Below are positions 25,205 through 39,600 of a DNA stretch of 64,000 nucleotides, piece after piece. Below the pieces are notes generated by a model. The model was not told where the DNA came from. It was given only the letters and a program-made list of their open reading frames with translations, and did no database searches. How positions within the stretch are numbered: the stretch's first letter is position 1; each line of letters begins with the position of its first letter. This DNA comes from Adineta vaga (lineage: Eukaryota > Animalia > Rotifera): positions 3,348,001 to 3,412,000 of the forward strand of contig CP075497.1 in NCBI GenBank assembly GCA_021613535.1. Direction: 5' to 3'. A program made the translations under genes and the position numbers.

Positions 25205-26137
25205 AAAACAATCGAGCTTCTTATTTGTTTGATTTTTCCTCGCTCTCTTTCTCTCTCATGTGTGTTTATCAGCAAAGTTTGAACTGAATAAAACTCAATT
25301 AATCTCATTCATGTTTATCAAAGATTTTCGAATAATGAAGTCAATGAATAGAAAGAAAACAACAACTAAACCTTTTTTTGTTCTCTATTTTATCATAATA
25401 AATCAATTCAACAAATTAAATCAATGAAAAAAGAAATGAATCACTACTTATTGACTTAATTTTTTTGTTGATGACAAAATGGAAGGCAGCAACAAGCAAA
25501 AAATATATATATATGTATACTTTAAGAGAAAAAAAACACATTCATCAATCCGCCATTGGTAAAAAGAACAAGAGAACAATGTAAAAACGAAATAATCAAC
25601 ATTCTCACACACCGTATGTGCACAAAGAGCGCGAGAATCCGTACAAAAGGTTCGTTGCGAGTAAAAGAGAGAGAGAGAGAGAAAAGAAGATGCGCATAAT
25701 TGCCAACCCAAAAGAAAAACTATACAGAAAAAAAAGAGTGAAGGAGAAAAAAGAACAAAGAAACGCGCAGAAGAAACACAAAAGAAAACGAAGATTTTTT
25801 GTTGAAATCAATTCTCCATGCTTTGTTTTTTCTCAGTTGACAAAAAGCACGAGATACATAGCACTTCATCTGGATCGCATTGCGGTGGACATGAATGATA
25901 TCAAAAGAAAAGAAATTTTGTATATTTTTTAAAAAAGCGTATTAAAAACGGACCAACATGGTGCATCGATATATATACGTTTGAATATGTATATATATAT
26001 ATATATATAAATGTAATCAAATTCGAGTTTCTCATCTGTATGCATAGAATATTGAAAAAGAAAACAGAAATCAGAAGACAATTTATGGCAAATACGGATA
26101 GCACCAAAAAATTCAATTGAGGAAAAAATCATTCATT

Positions 26138-27584
26138 TTACGCATTGCTGGCTGGATTTCGTATGATATGGTTATCGTGATCATCTGCTATGGATGAATT
26201 ATTTGATTTGATATTGTCATAAACTTCTTCATCAAACATGTCTGAAAAGAACATATTGATTACATATATGATAGTTAATATATCTTACCTAAATTAACAG
26301 TTTGTGCTTCGGTAGATGTATTATTTGAATTATCTAAATTTGTTTGTATATTATTCATTTGCATTAAATAATTATTCGATTGTTGTTGAGCATTTTCAAC
26401 AGCAGCTATAATACTATCAGTTGAATCAAAATGTTCGATTTCATCTTCATCATCACTATCAGCAATGACGACACTATTGTTTTCATCTTCTTCTGTTTGA
26501 CTGGTCATACCATCGTCAAAAACACCCTCATCATAACGTTCAACAACTTCAGTTGCCATATGTAATTGTTGTGATTTATTTGTTGATGGTATTGATTTTA
26601 TCGTTTCATCTAAATCAGTGATTGATGATAATTGTTCATTAGCTAATGGTAATCGTATTTGAAAATGAGATATATCATTAAATGTTTGATGTTGTGATGG
26701 AATAACAATGGAACCAAGTGATTCGGACGAATGAAGAGATGACATTGATACTGAATCTTTTAAATCTGAATATGTTTGAGATATATTACTAAGAATTGAT
26801 GGTGTAATTGTCACTGCACTACTTGAACTACTACTATTTCGTCGTAAAAGTGAATTTTGTTTGTCTGATATTTGTGAACGATAATCACGAGCAATAGGAG
26901 CGTCTTGTTTTCGATTATTGGATAATTTCTAAATGAAACGAAAAGAAATATTCATGTATTGATTGAACAAAGTCATGAATGAGATGAAAATACCAATGCT
27001 AAAGTTAATTGTTCGCCAAGTTGTGTTAATGGTGTCCATAGTGATTGAAGTTCAACAGCAGATGGTTTTTTCTCTCTTGCTGCTCGATTTTGTGTTTGAC
27101 TAATTGTTTGCAATAATTGATTATCTAAATTATATAGAATTCAAGTTTTAAAAACCGAACAAAAAAGAAGAAATACGTACGACAACTTGCTGCACTTGTA
27201 ATTGCTTCTAATGGTGATGTTGAGTGTGTTGATGCAACCTGAATATAAGAAGATTCTATTGTGAAAAGAAAGAGAACAATTGTCTGATTTGTTCCTACAT
27301 TTCCTGGGGTATCGTTAATTTGATCTTGAGGAATGTTGAGAAGACGTGAAAGAAGTAATTCTTTTTCATGTAATAAACGTTTTAATTCTTTGTCTTTTTC
27401 AAGTATTGCATTGAATAATGATTCAGGTGTGTCTTCAATTAATGTTTGTTTATCAATAATTTTCACTTGATTTGGATCAACTAATTGTATATTTGCTTGT
27501 TCTTCAATAATTACTGATCTAAAAAAGAAACAAAAGTTTTTCATTCATTGAAATAAAGAGGATTTCTTACCGAGGAGTTATTGA

Positions 27585-27616
<32 letters not shown>

Positions 27617-30600
27617 CTGATGATATAATCGATGAAGAAGGTGATGACGGATTGATACTCTTCTCACTTGATATTGAAACTGAAGATTTTGGTTTATCAA
27701 ATCGTTTTCGAGCTTTTTCAATCCATTCTAACCATCTAATAAAAGAGAAAAATTAAATTTAGAACAAATACTCTCCCAATAAAATGATCAAATTACTTTT
27801 CTAAATCATCTTTCGAATTTGCTTCAACTTCGATCAATTGTTTTTTATCTGTATCAATTACATAAAAAGAACGAGCACCTATAAATATAGAACACAACAT
27901 TATTCAATCAATTTTCATATTTTAATAAATAGACAAACCTCCACAAGCTTTCTTTTTAATTAATAAATGTTCTAATCGAATAATTGGTGTTAAAATAAAA
28001 TTCTGTGCTGCAGTAAATTTCGTTCCTGGTACTGCTGTTCGTGGCCGTGTATTACGTCCACTATTCGCATCACGTTGATGTTCTTTTAGAACATAACGAT
28101 AAGATTCTTCAATGCCACGTTGTTCTGATGGTTGAATAGGAATTTTTTGAAAGAAAACAAAAATATCCGTAAACAGACAACATTCGAATTCAGTTTTTTG
28201 TGTTGTTGTATCTGGTAATAATTTCAATGTACCCGAATAAATCAAACGATTGTTTACTACTTCAAGACAATCCTTTCAAAAACAAATAAAGAAGAAAAAA
28301 AATCAATTTAATTTCATTTTGTTCAAATTTGATTTTACTTGTAGATTTTGTAAATTAATTGATTTCTCATCATTTGATATTTGAACATCAAGATTAGCTT
28401 TGATTTGTTTTAATAAAGCTTCTTGTTCTTTTTTCAAACGTGCATAATTCATACGTTTTAAAATACTATCAGCACATTCCACACATTTACTTAATTTTTC
28501 ACTTTCAATTTCATCATCCGACACAAACTTTTTCATTGCTTCGAATAACATTTTTAATTTGGTAAAGCGTGTCATTACCGATGGAAGATAATCTTTCAAT
28601 GTTAAACGACGACATAATGGATTCGCTTCGCATGTCTTGAAAAAAAAGGAAAGAATAATATTCAATCATCCTTTTCCTTTTCCTTTCCCTTTCGACTTAC
28701 CCGCATGAGAAGAGCAAAATCAGCTGATTGTTCCTTTTTTTTAATTAATTTTAATGCTTGAGATTGATCTTCAATGAAATAAGCACATGCACGAGCAAAT
28801 TGTTCGCCATTTTCTCCATCAAGCTAAAGAAAGAATCGAGTTTACTTTAATTAAAAGATTGAATTATTCTTACAAATTTAAGAATTAAATCTCCAATATG
28901 ACGAACAACATGATCCTTTGCTTCATCACGATGTTGACGTAAAGCATATTTAAATTGAGCTAAAAAAAAATACGAAAAACAAATCAAATATATTTCAAAA
29001 ATTGTTCCATATTTTTTACTGTGTAAATTAATTAATTGATCAAGATTACGAAATATACAATCAAGTTCAACAGGACTCATTCCAGGAAAACGTTCCATTG
29101 GTTCTCGAAAACATCTTCGCATGATTTTTAAACCTTTTAAATGTGTTCGTTCAGTATGAATTAATTCATTGATTGTTGTTTGTAATTTCCATTCACGTGA
29201 TTGATATAATGCTTGGAGAATATCATTAGGAATAAAATCACTTAGATTCGGTAATGTATTAACATCAGCTTCAAGATCACTATCACCATCCGTTGGTGTG
29301 GATTGTTGATGCATGAAGTCAGGATTTGTTGATGAATCAAAAGAATTTGCTCTAGAAGAAGAAGAATGACGATGAAAAGCAAAGTTCGATTATTTTACTT
29401 GAAATTCGTTGATTCTTGTTGTTGTATCATTGCTTCACTTTCAACACGACTAAGAAGTTCGTCAATTGTATTTCCTCCCATTTGTGGATTACTAGAACAA
29501 TACAATGGAAAATATAGAAAAGAGTATGTTCAATCAATTTTTCGATATGCAGGTTTGCTCGTCAAAAGAATGATATTAAAAGCACGAGGTTTTATCAAAA
29601 TCATTTTGATCAAAGATCATTCATACATGTGTTAATAGAAACTACATGATGAATTGATCGAAGTCTAATTATTTTCCAACTATTTAATCGATTTTATCAT
29701 GCAAAAACATTTGAAGCTGATGTGTAAATTTATGGAAAAAAAGAAGCAATGAATGTATCAATACCCCTCATCATCACTCTCGTCGCTTTCGCTGAAAGAA
29801 ATTCATTTCTTTTTATTGATGATCAAAGAAGATTTGAAAAGATATTTACCTGCTCGAACGATGTTTCGATGTTGGTCGATTTGGTGTTGCTTGTCGATCG
29901 CTAAAACGTCGTCCCAAACTATTTTTTTACATAAATAAATATGTATTCATTTTGTTTATTCGTTTAACAAATTCTTACGACGAATTTTTATTCTGTTCTT
30001 GTGTAGATAATAAATTTGCATTTAATGTATCTAAAGAAAGTAATTAAATGAAATGATTAAGGAAAAGAAAAGATCTTCTTACCACTGCTTTCATTGATTG
30101 CTAATGCATTTTCATAAACATCATTCGCTAAAAAATAGGAAATTCTATTGAGTAAAACTCAAATTGTTAACTACTTACGAAGACTTCCTTCACGTCCTTC
30201 ATTTAAACTTGCAGTTCTTGTTGGACCTACAATGAATATTTGAAATTTAAGAAAACTGGTTTTTTTCTTATTTAAGTTCTTCTAAGAAAAACGAAACAAC
30301 GAGATGACATCGAAGACAAGGACAATATGAATCTAACGAAACTACCGTTAAGAAATCCATAGACAGAACGTCGAACAAACATTCGTTGCGGTAGAATCAC
30401 TTGTTGTTGCATATTTTGTTGCATACAGGAGAAATGTATGCTGAACAGAGGAGGAATTAAACTATCAGCAGAAAATGATCCTGCGAGTGAAGAATGAGAA
30501 TGGATCGTTTGTTTTTGTTTTATCGAAAAAAAGATTTCTCGAGTTAGAAATAAATGAGACACTTACTTGAAGGATTTTTCGGTGTTTTCCGTGGTTTATT

Positions 30601-33600
30601 TAGAATAGGATTAGTAATACTATGAGTTTTTCGGTCTTTTAAACATTTTTCACTATTCGATGCACATTCACGATGAAATGCTTGTTGACAATCTAATTCA
30701 AAACAAAACTTAATATATTTTCTTCGTTGATATTGATAAAACTTACATCCACATAGATAACCTTGATAATTGATTCCCCATAAGATTTTCAAACAGACTT
30801 TACATAATGTTTGAATGGTAAATTGATGTTCATTCAATTGATGATCTTTAATCTAAACAAATGATTTGTAAGAAAAACAAGTCATTAGATATATATTTTT
30901 TTTTGAATGAAAATTTACTCGTTTCGATGCTGTTGCTCGTGGTAATTTGGATAACAAACGTTTTTGTTCTCGATCGAGAAATTTCGGAATTTTTTCCAAT
31001 GGAATGTTTCCACATTTTTTAATATCACAACGTTTTAAATATGTAGCTAATGAACATAATAATGCCAGACTAAATTTGAAAAGAAAAATATTTTTAACCA
31101 GATTTTTATTCAGTTTTTTAGTTTACTCTTTTGAATTTTTAATACTGTTCCAATCATCAATATTTGATTTATAATACGATTCAAATTTTGATCGAAGTGT
31201 TTCTTCAATAAAATGATTTTGTTTTGAAATTGATGAAAAATCAACATCACGATAAAGACCTAGAATAAACTATGAGTAAAACAATTATTCTAAAACATCT
31301 GATTTACCAAGTGTTCGTTTATGATTAAAATCCGGTAATTGTTTATCAATAATAACTGATCGTGCAAATTCTTTTGCATCATTGAAAATTGATTTAATAT
31401 CATCATTAGTATCTTGTTGTTGAACTTCTAAATGACGATTGATTGAATCTGTTTGTACTTGTGGAAGGCCAATGTACAAGGGCTATAGAAAAAAAATCGA
31501 ATATGTTTTATTATGAAAACAAATGAAGATTGAAAATAAATATTTACGCTGCCATTCATAGTGAATGTGGAATGAATTTCAAATATCCATCGGATTAATT
31601 CAGTTCGATTTTCAGCTTTTCTTACACGTAATTCTTCCGTTAGAAAATAGAATACCTAAATAATTAAACGAATATTTCAATCAAATCTTCATCTTTCAAT
31701 GAATCGATTTACCAAATAAATTGCATCACTGTTTGAGTCATTAAAAAGATAACTAAGAAAAACAGTTAAGGGTGCCCAATTAGATGTATTAATAAAATGT
31801 TGGATATCATCAAAAGATGATATGGATGTTTTCGATGGTAACTAAACAACAAAATATATTTTTGTTTAAGATTAAAATTAAAATTTTACTTCGTTAAATT
31901 CATCATCATTATCTTGTGTATCCTAAATAAATCAAATGAATAATCAAAAAGTTGTATAAAACTGTTTGTTTGTTTTTTACGCATACTCGAAAGGTATGTT
32001 TTTCATCTGTTGGAAGAATTGTACTTGATGGATCTCCATACTAAAGAAAACGAATAATTTAAACAAATTAAATTGATTTTAAAAGAAATTTTTGTGTATC
32101 AGAGAAAGCAAAGCAACAAAAAGAAAAACCGATGTGACAACAATGAATATGAACTTACGTCACCAATGATATACCACTATAACAATGGATAGAGTGAAAG
32201 CTTTAACATTCATTCAATGAGAGAAAAAGAAGAGCAAATGAATGAATGTCCCGGTGATCGAAGCAAAGTTTTCAAGAACGTCAATCAAATAGCTCTGATT
32301 TCTGTAACAAGCTTGTGTGTATATATTAGTATATGGAATAGAGATGTCGGAAGATTATTATCTATATTACCTTTGCTAAATCGTATGTCTCAGATTTTCC
32401 AGAATGTAATTTACGCTTAATATGCTGTAATGGTGAACTAACAGATATTGTTGATGATGGTGGTGGTGCTGTAGGTATAGCAGTATTTATTACTTGTAAA
32501 ACAGATGATTCAGGTAATGAATTCTGCTTTTTGTGACCACTAGTACCATCAGATGGCTGTAGAGAGATAGGTGGGGAGTTAGGTATAGATGAATTCTTCG
32601 TCATCAATAGGAAAGAAGAAGAAATTTTCTGTGTTGAACTTACTGTTGAGGTTCGATTGGAAGATGATGATTCAGGTTGATTTCCAAGATTATCAACACT
32701 AAAACTGCCTTTGACGGGTGAAATATCGATTGATGACTAAAGATAATAATGAAGTGTAATTTAATGAAAATATATGAAAGAAATAGATTACTTCAGATAA
32801 TTCTCCAGGTCGTTTAATTTCATTCAATTGTTGTTCATATTGTCGAATTTGATTTTCAATAAAGGCTACTTTGGTTGGATTATGATTTGGACCTTTGGTT
32901 CGTTGTCGCCCTAGATCAGCTTTTGATTTCTTTAAAGAAAAATAAAATTAGAAATACTTTTATCAAAAGAAAACAAAATCATACTTCAAGTTGTTTTGAA
33001 ATTCGTTCATAATTTTCTTTGGCTTTTTTATTATCAAATGTTGCTTGCAATGAATGTGTACTAATTGAACTATTCGATCGTTCCGGAATAGAACCTGTTA
33101 ATGGATTTGTTCGCAATGGTACTCGACCATTTTGATTATCACCTGGCGTGAGTTTTTGAGTGGATGTTGAAGTTAGTTTTGGTTGACCAAGAAGAGTCAA
33201 TTGAGCATATGAACCCGCTAATTAGAAAAAGTAATTTATCAATACATCTGAACTTTGACAAAAAAGAATCAAATCATGTATCTATTTCAACGACATAGGG
33301 AGTAAAGATATGTGTGTAGGATGTATTCTGTTATCTTTCTTTCTTTCTTTCTTTTTCTTCTTTCCTATCATAAACAGCTCTTCTGATTGTCATTAGTTTC
33401 GTCGTTTGCTTATACATCTCTAGAACGCACGACAAGTTAGAATAATAATAATCATAATCATAATAATATACAACGACAGGATATTGTTGATAGATTGAAA
33501 GAATATGATGCAGACAAGGACGAGGGCGTTTGGTGTTGATAGAAAATATAGAAAGAAAAGAAAACTTTTGGCTTTTATTCATTTAAAAGAAGGAATTCAT

Positions 33601-36600
33601 TTTTTTTTATATTGAGTTTGATATGATAGAAATCTGACAAAGATTGATGGGAATGTAATGTAAGAAGAAGGAAAGCCTTTCTTTTCAAGACATTCAACAA
33701 ACGTTATCCATCAAACATCCAAACGATGATATGAGATGTTGGGATAACATCGGAATGCCATAAGGCATGCTTTGAATGCCATAATCACATGCATATTCAA
33801 TGAAAGAATATCTCATTGAAGAGTAAGAGAAAGAGAAAAAAACTAAAAAATAACGTTATTGGGATATAATTAGAGCCCAAAAAAAAAGAAATATTTGTAA
33901 TATGAGATTCGACATTTTTTTTCTTCTTTCATTCGAAAATATCAATAAATAATAATCTAGTAGAAAAAGAAATCTAATTGACGAAAAGAAAATATTGTTT
34001 TAAAAAAAATTAATTTTCTATTTATCTGATTAAATATCAGTTTTCTCTGTCGAGAAGTTCGAGACATATTTGTATTCATCATTGAGATAGCCTTGTTCAA
34101 GTTAATCATGTCTATGTCATTTTTTTTCTCTTCATGGTCAAACAATAATCTCATCTATTGTTTTGGTCCATAACAAAGATTCTATTCTCATTTATTTCTT
34201 TTCATCTTAAAATGTCATTTTCTCGCTTTTAGATGTCTGTCTATCTATCTATCTATCTATCATAGACACATCGATGTGTTTCGAATGTATCATCATCATC
34301 AACATACGTTGTTCATAACACTAATCGAATCGAAATATGATTACGTTCTAAACTAATTGTGTATGTAAAAGTAAGCGAAGAAAAGAAAGAAAAAAGACAT
34401 TTCGTGTAACAATAACTAACACCCATTGATAATAGTAATGATGATGATGATGATGATGATGATGATGCAAGAGCCTCTTTTACCTGCATTGACACGATGA
34501 TGATCCTCATAAGTTTCCGATTTCGGTCGTGGTCTAGCTGAACGCCGTTGATGACGTATTGTCAATGAATTTTGTGTCGAACGTAATTCTATGTCAGGAG
34601 GATTAGTCGTATTAACTGAATGTGAATGTAAAGATGTTAATGAACGATTTCGATAACGATTACTTGTACTCGATGTGAAATCTGATAGACGAGCAAGAAA
34701 TGAATCATGTAACTGTGTTACACGTCCTGTAAAATTCGATAGTTGTCGTTCAATCACATTACGTGGTGCTACTCGAAATGAACGACGTGAACGTATCGAT
34801 TGAGACGTATCTGTATTATTGGTATTATTATTAGATTTTGTTGTCGTTGTTTGTACTAAGGATATTTCATTCGATGGATTAATAGCACTTCGAAAAGAAT
34901 ATGGTCGTGGTTTTATTGCCACAGATGGTATTGATGGTCGATCATGTGATGTAAATGAAGTTGATGCTTGTATACGTATCAACGGTGGATTTGGTAGAGT
35001 TAAATTTGTTGATAAACAAGATTCAGGTGATGTTGGTACTGATATCGATGTTAAAGTTGGAGTTGTATTTGAACGTGTTGATGATAATGATTTGATTTGT
35101 GCTTGTTTTGAAGTATGTGTGACAACAGGTGTCAATGGAGCTTCTAATGGATAATTTTTCGTTACAAATGGACGCGAAATAGTTGTTACAGTTGATGGTA
35201 TCGATGAAACGATGATTTTTGGTGATGATGTTCTACGAACTGGAGGATTTCGAACCACAGAATAAATAACGGCGATATCAGATTCTTGTTCATCATGAAG
35301 ATCATTATTATTGTTATTATTATTAACATTACCATTCGTATTATCGAACCATTTTGTAACTGGAATATAACTATTATCTTCATCATGAAGTGCTTGTATT
35401 TGATCACTATGATCAATGATCATTGGCGTTGGATTTGCTGTTACAGTTGTTTTCGTCAATTGACGATGTAATGCCATAGTTGGTAGACATGATGATGACG
35501 ATGAATTTGGATTGAAATTGTTTTCATTATTGCTAACAGAAGCTTGGTAAACATCGACAGTTCGATCAACACGAACTGTACCTAATTTACCAGCTGGTAT
35601 TCGCACCGAGATGGCGGTGGCCATTTTCTTTTCTTTTATCAGATTATCACCTCATATATTGATTGTCGAAAAATCTAAAACGTGTCTGTATATGTACGAT
35701 TCGATCTATATTCTTCGTGACATCACACACGAGAGGTAGATTGATCATGAAGCAAATGATTTTTTTCAATCAAATTGCTTCGTTATATACATAACGAAGA
35801 AAAGAAATGAGCGAGACATTGTACCTCACCGATATGAAATGAGAAGATTGAGTATGAGAATGAAAGAAGAAGAAGAGGAGAAAAGTATATGTACATAGAC
35901 ATGAACAGAAAAATGAAAAGAAAAGAATAAAAAAGAAAGGATGTTCAACATTATGCCATCATCCTGCTCGAAGGTAACTAGTTGTCGTTACCACCTACGA
36001 ATATATGTATGTGTTTGATATTCAGAATAAAAGCTTGTTAATCTGCAATAGACAAAAACATTGCCCTAGCATATGGTCTCTCTACGGTTTTTACTATGTA
36101 CAAGCGCGTAACAAAAGAAATCGTCCGTAATAACGATGATGACGATGATATACGAGAAGAAGAAAAAGCATGAGAGAAGAAGAAGAAGAAGAGATGGCAC
36201 CGGTCCCTTCTTTCTATTCGATATCTATGTGTATAAGAGAAGAGAAAGAGAGAAAGACAGAGAGAAGCAAAGAAAGAAGAACCTCTCGGATTAAGTTATG
36301 CGAACTGTTGATTATGTATATGTACAGAAAACTCAAACATTTTACCAGTTTTTCTTCGTTTTTCTCCTTCTTTTCCTCTTTTTCTTCTCCTCTTCTTTTC
36401 TGATAAGATTTGTTTGAGTGCAAAAACTACATGATGATGATTATTCGATGATGATGATGACGGCAAAGAAAGAGAAGAATAAGAGCAAAGATTTGACGAT
36501 AAAGAAAAATATGGAAATAATTAACAAGCAACAAAATACAATCGTCTGAACTTGTTCTATTAGTTTGATTCTTTATTCGATGTTTTTCTTGAAAATTAGA

Positions 36601-39600
36601 TGTTGATTTCTCTAGATGACTGCAGATAAACATCAATAGTTGAGAAAACTGACGAGCTTAATCGACAACATACGAAGACGAATGTCTTTCTTCATCTTCG
36701 TTGTTATATGTCTTTCTTTCTAAGATGTTTTTCAGCATGATACGACATATTATCTTCTTTTCTGTATCGTTCTGTCAGAGATTTTCTCTTTTAAAGATCC
36801 CATCGATCATTGTAAATTAGTCCGAAGTCGAGTCATCAAAGAGGCAACTATCGGTTACTAGTAGTACTATTAGTTGTCATAGTAAATATGATTTCTGCTT
36901 CATGTTTTTCTCTTATTTGATTTCAAACTAAAGTAATATGACGATACTAAAACAAACTAGCCATGGTAAATTATGTATATATATATACGTATATTCATCC
37001 GACTGATGAGAATCAGGCGATGAGAGATTGTACTGATGAAAGAAATGCCACTGGTCAAAAAGTATTAGATGAAATAGTATTGATAGAAACGGTCAACAAA
37101 ACGAAAAAGAAAGAAATCTTGTTGACATGAATGATTTGAAATGTTACAGAAAATAAGATGAAAATAAAGAGAAAGAAGAAGACAAGAGAGAAATGACAGA
37201 AGAAGGAAAAAAACAAACAAATAACAACGGCAGTTATTCGTGCGAAGATGTTAGTAGGCATTGATTATCAAGCTGATTGTTGTCTATATATCTTTGTCTG
37301 GTCGACGACGATGCCAACGACAACGTCTGATCAATCAGAAGCGATGAGAAAAATAAACAACCCATATGGCTCTAGACGAGCCCTTGTTGTCGACACATTA
37401 TGAAATTACTCAACGAAAGATTGATCGACCACCGGCTACGACCAAATCCATAAAGAATGATTTTCCGTTCAATCAAGCATGTATCTTCTTTTCATATCGA
37501 TTTTGTTTTTCTTTTGTTTATTCGAACATCAACGTAGTTGTATTGGGCCTTGGGTAAACGCTTTCCAACGAAGTTAAACGACCAGCATAAAATTTTTGTT
37601 ACATCATCAATAAAGATGACAACGACAACGTTGACGACAATCGATAGCGAAGAAGAAAAAAAAAGCAACATCATCGACTTGCGGGAATAAACGATGACGA
37701 TTGATGATAATCTTTCACACATTTACGCATCTCCTCCTTTCTATATACTCCTTACACTCGCGTTCAAACTAAAGCGATGGGGAAAGAAGAAAAGAAACGG
37801 AAAGACCCTTGACCAGAAGTAAACGTCCGTATCGGACATATCAAATGTCCTATCTTCGAAATCTCCCTCTTTCTATACATGTATTATGAAGTAGTTGTTG
37901 ATAAACACATTCGGCTTCTTTTCTCATCAATAAGAAGAAGAAGAAAGTTATGTACGAAGAAAAAAAAAGAATTCAAATAAAGTCAAACTTACATTTAATT
38001 AAATTGACTACATCAATATGAGTACAATGTGTAACGCGCGTGCCGTTGACCTGAAAAAATAAAAATCAAACATAATTATTCAAGGTTTTTCATTTTCTTT
38101 TTTTTCAATAACTTGATTATACCACTTGACGAATCTTTTTTTTTCCTTACATTCTTTTTCGAAATTCTCAGTACACAATTCAAATTAAATATCTCTTCTT
38201 TCAACTTAAGATAGAATACTAATTATCAATAAATGATAACAATGTCTTTGATCGATAAACCATATAAAAAAAGATAATTCAATGTTCAATAGCTAAATCA
38301 TATTCAATTGATATGTGTATGTACATGTTTTTTCTATGTACGAAGAATAACTTTAGAGTAGTACTTTGATATATGACCTCGAAAAATACTATTGTGTACA
38401 TAGGAGATAATCATTTTCTTCAATATTCAAGTATCGTCTATGATAAGAAATATTCACTGAACAGAACACAAAAGAAAATGTCAGCGATATTTAATAATCA
38501 TCATAATTTTAGTTTCTAGAGAGTCTTTGTCTTTTATATAATAAGATACTTGTCTTCGTTTATCATTGAATATATCACTTGAAAGTCACAAAAACTGATT
38601 CGAATGCAATTGTCCAAGTATCTTTGATTCTATCTGTACACTTCAATGTCAAGACATATTGACCCAATTTCATCTTCATTTCTAAAATTGAGTGCTATTC
38701 GAGAGAGGAAAAAAAAACCTGAAGAAATAATCAATCAATTCGAATGATGTAATCAAGAAATAGATAACAGGTGTCCAATTTATTCCACATGTAACAGGTG
38801 TACAAATAATATCGATTTTATGTTCAATCATCAAAGTGATTTTCTAGATTTTCAAGGCTATTGAAAAAGAAAAAGAAAACTTAATAACAACAACAATATT
38901 CCATTGAATGGGATTGTTATGTATTTCGTACATAAAATGATTAACATATTTTTTGTTAAGGTACACTTCATATATATATATATATATTTTACAATCCAAT
39001 AAAAAAAAAAAGAAACGAAATACTCATGCTAGATGACAATGAACTAGGCCTTCTCGCTTTTTCTTATTCTTCTTTTTTTGTTTTAATCACAAAATCTCAT
39101 AAAGAGATAAGAATGGCAGCATACTCTTTCTAATAGTAGTATTAATAATAATGATGAGAAGGAGAATGATGAAGGCAATTTAATTTACTTTTGATATTCA
39201 CAATGAACGAATGAATGAATGATGCAATGATAGATATAATAAATCATTGGAAGCGAACCATAAAATGTCGGTATTGGCACTAGTAGGTGCGATAATAGTT
39301 TATTGAAAGTAAAGAACAGAAGAAAAAAACGAAGGTATATATGTGTAAAGGTGCTAAGAAAGGAGAATAGTAAGTCGAAAAAGAAGAAAAAAAGAAAGAA
39401 TCTTACGAGAGAATATAAAGCGAAACATCAGCCACTTAACTCTACCTCATATATTTATGAAAAACTAAGCAACGAACATAAAAAACGAGAAGACGCCAGG
39501 TACAAGTTCATTTCTTTTCGTTTGATTAGATAGATATCATTCGTCTATTTCTAGAGGGAAGAAATAAAATATAAGATCTATGTGTATTGAATAGCTACTT

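Noticed and set aside
25448-26132. Several 67-104 aa ORFs
   Set aside because: A/T-run-rich 3' UTR region between KIF9 and the RhoGEF; translations are Lys- or Phe-biased artefacts.
34819-35471. Antisense and alternate-frame ORFs over the 402-aa ORF
   Set aside because: Shadow frames of a real coding exon.
36170-37722. Small intronic ORFs in the RhoGEF
   Set aside because: Low complexity, with no compatible splice signals found.
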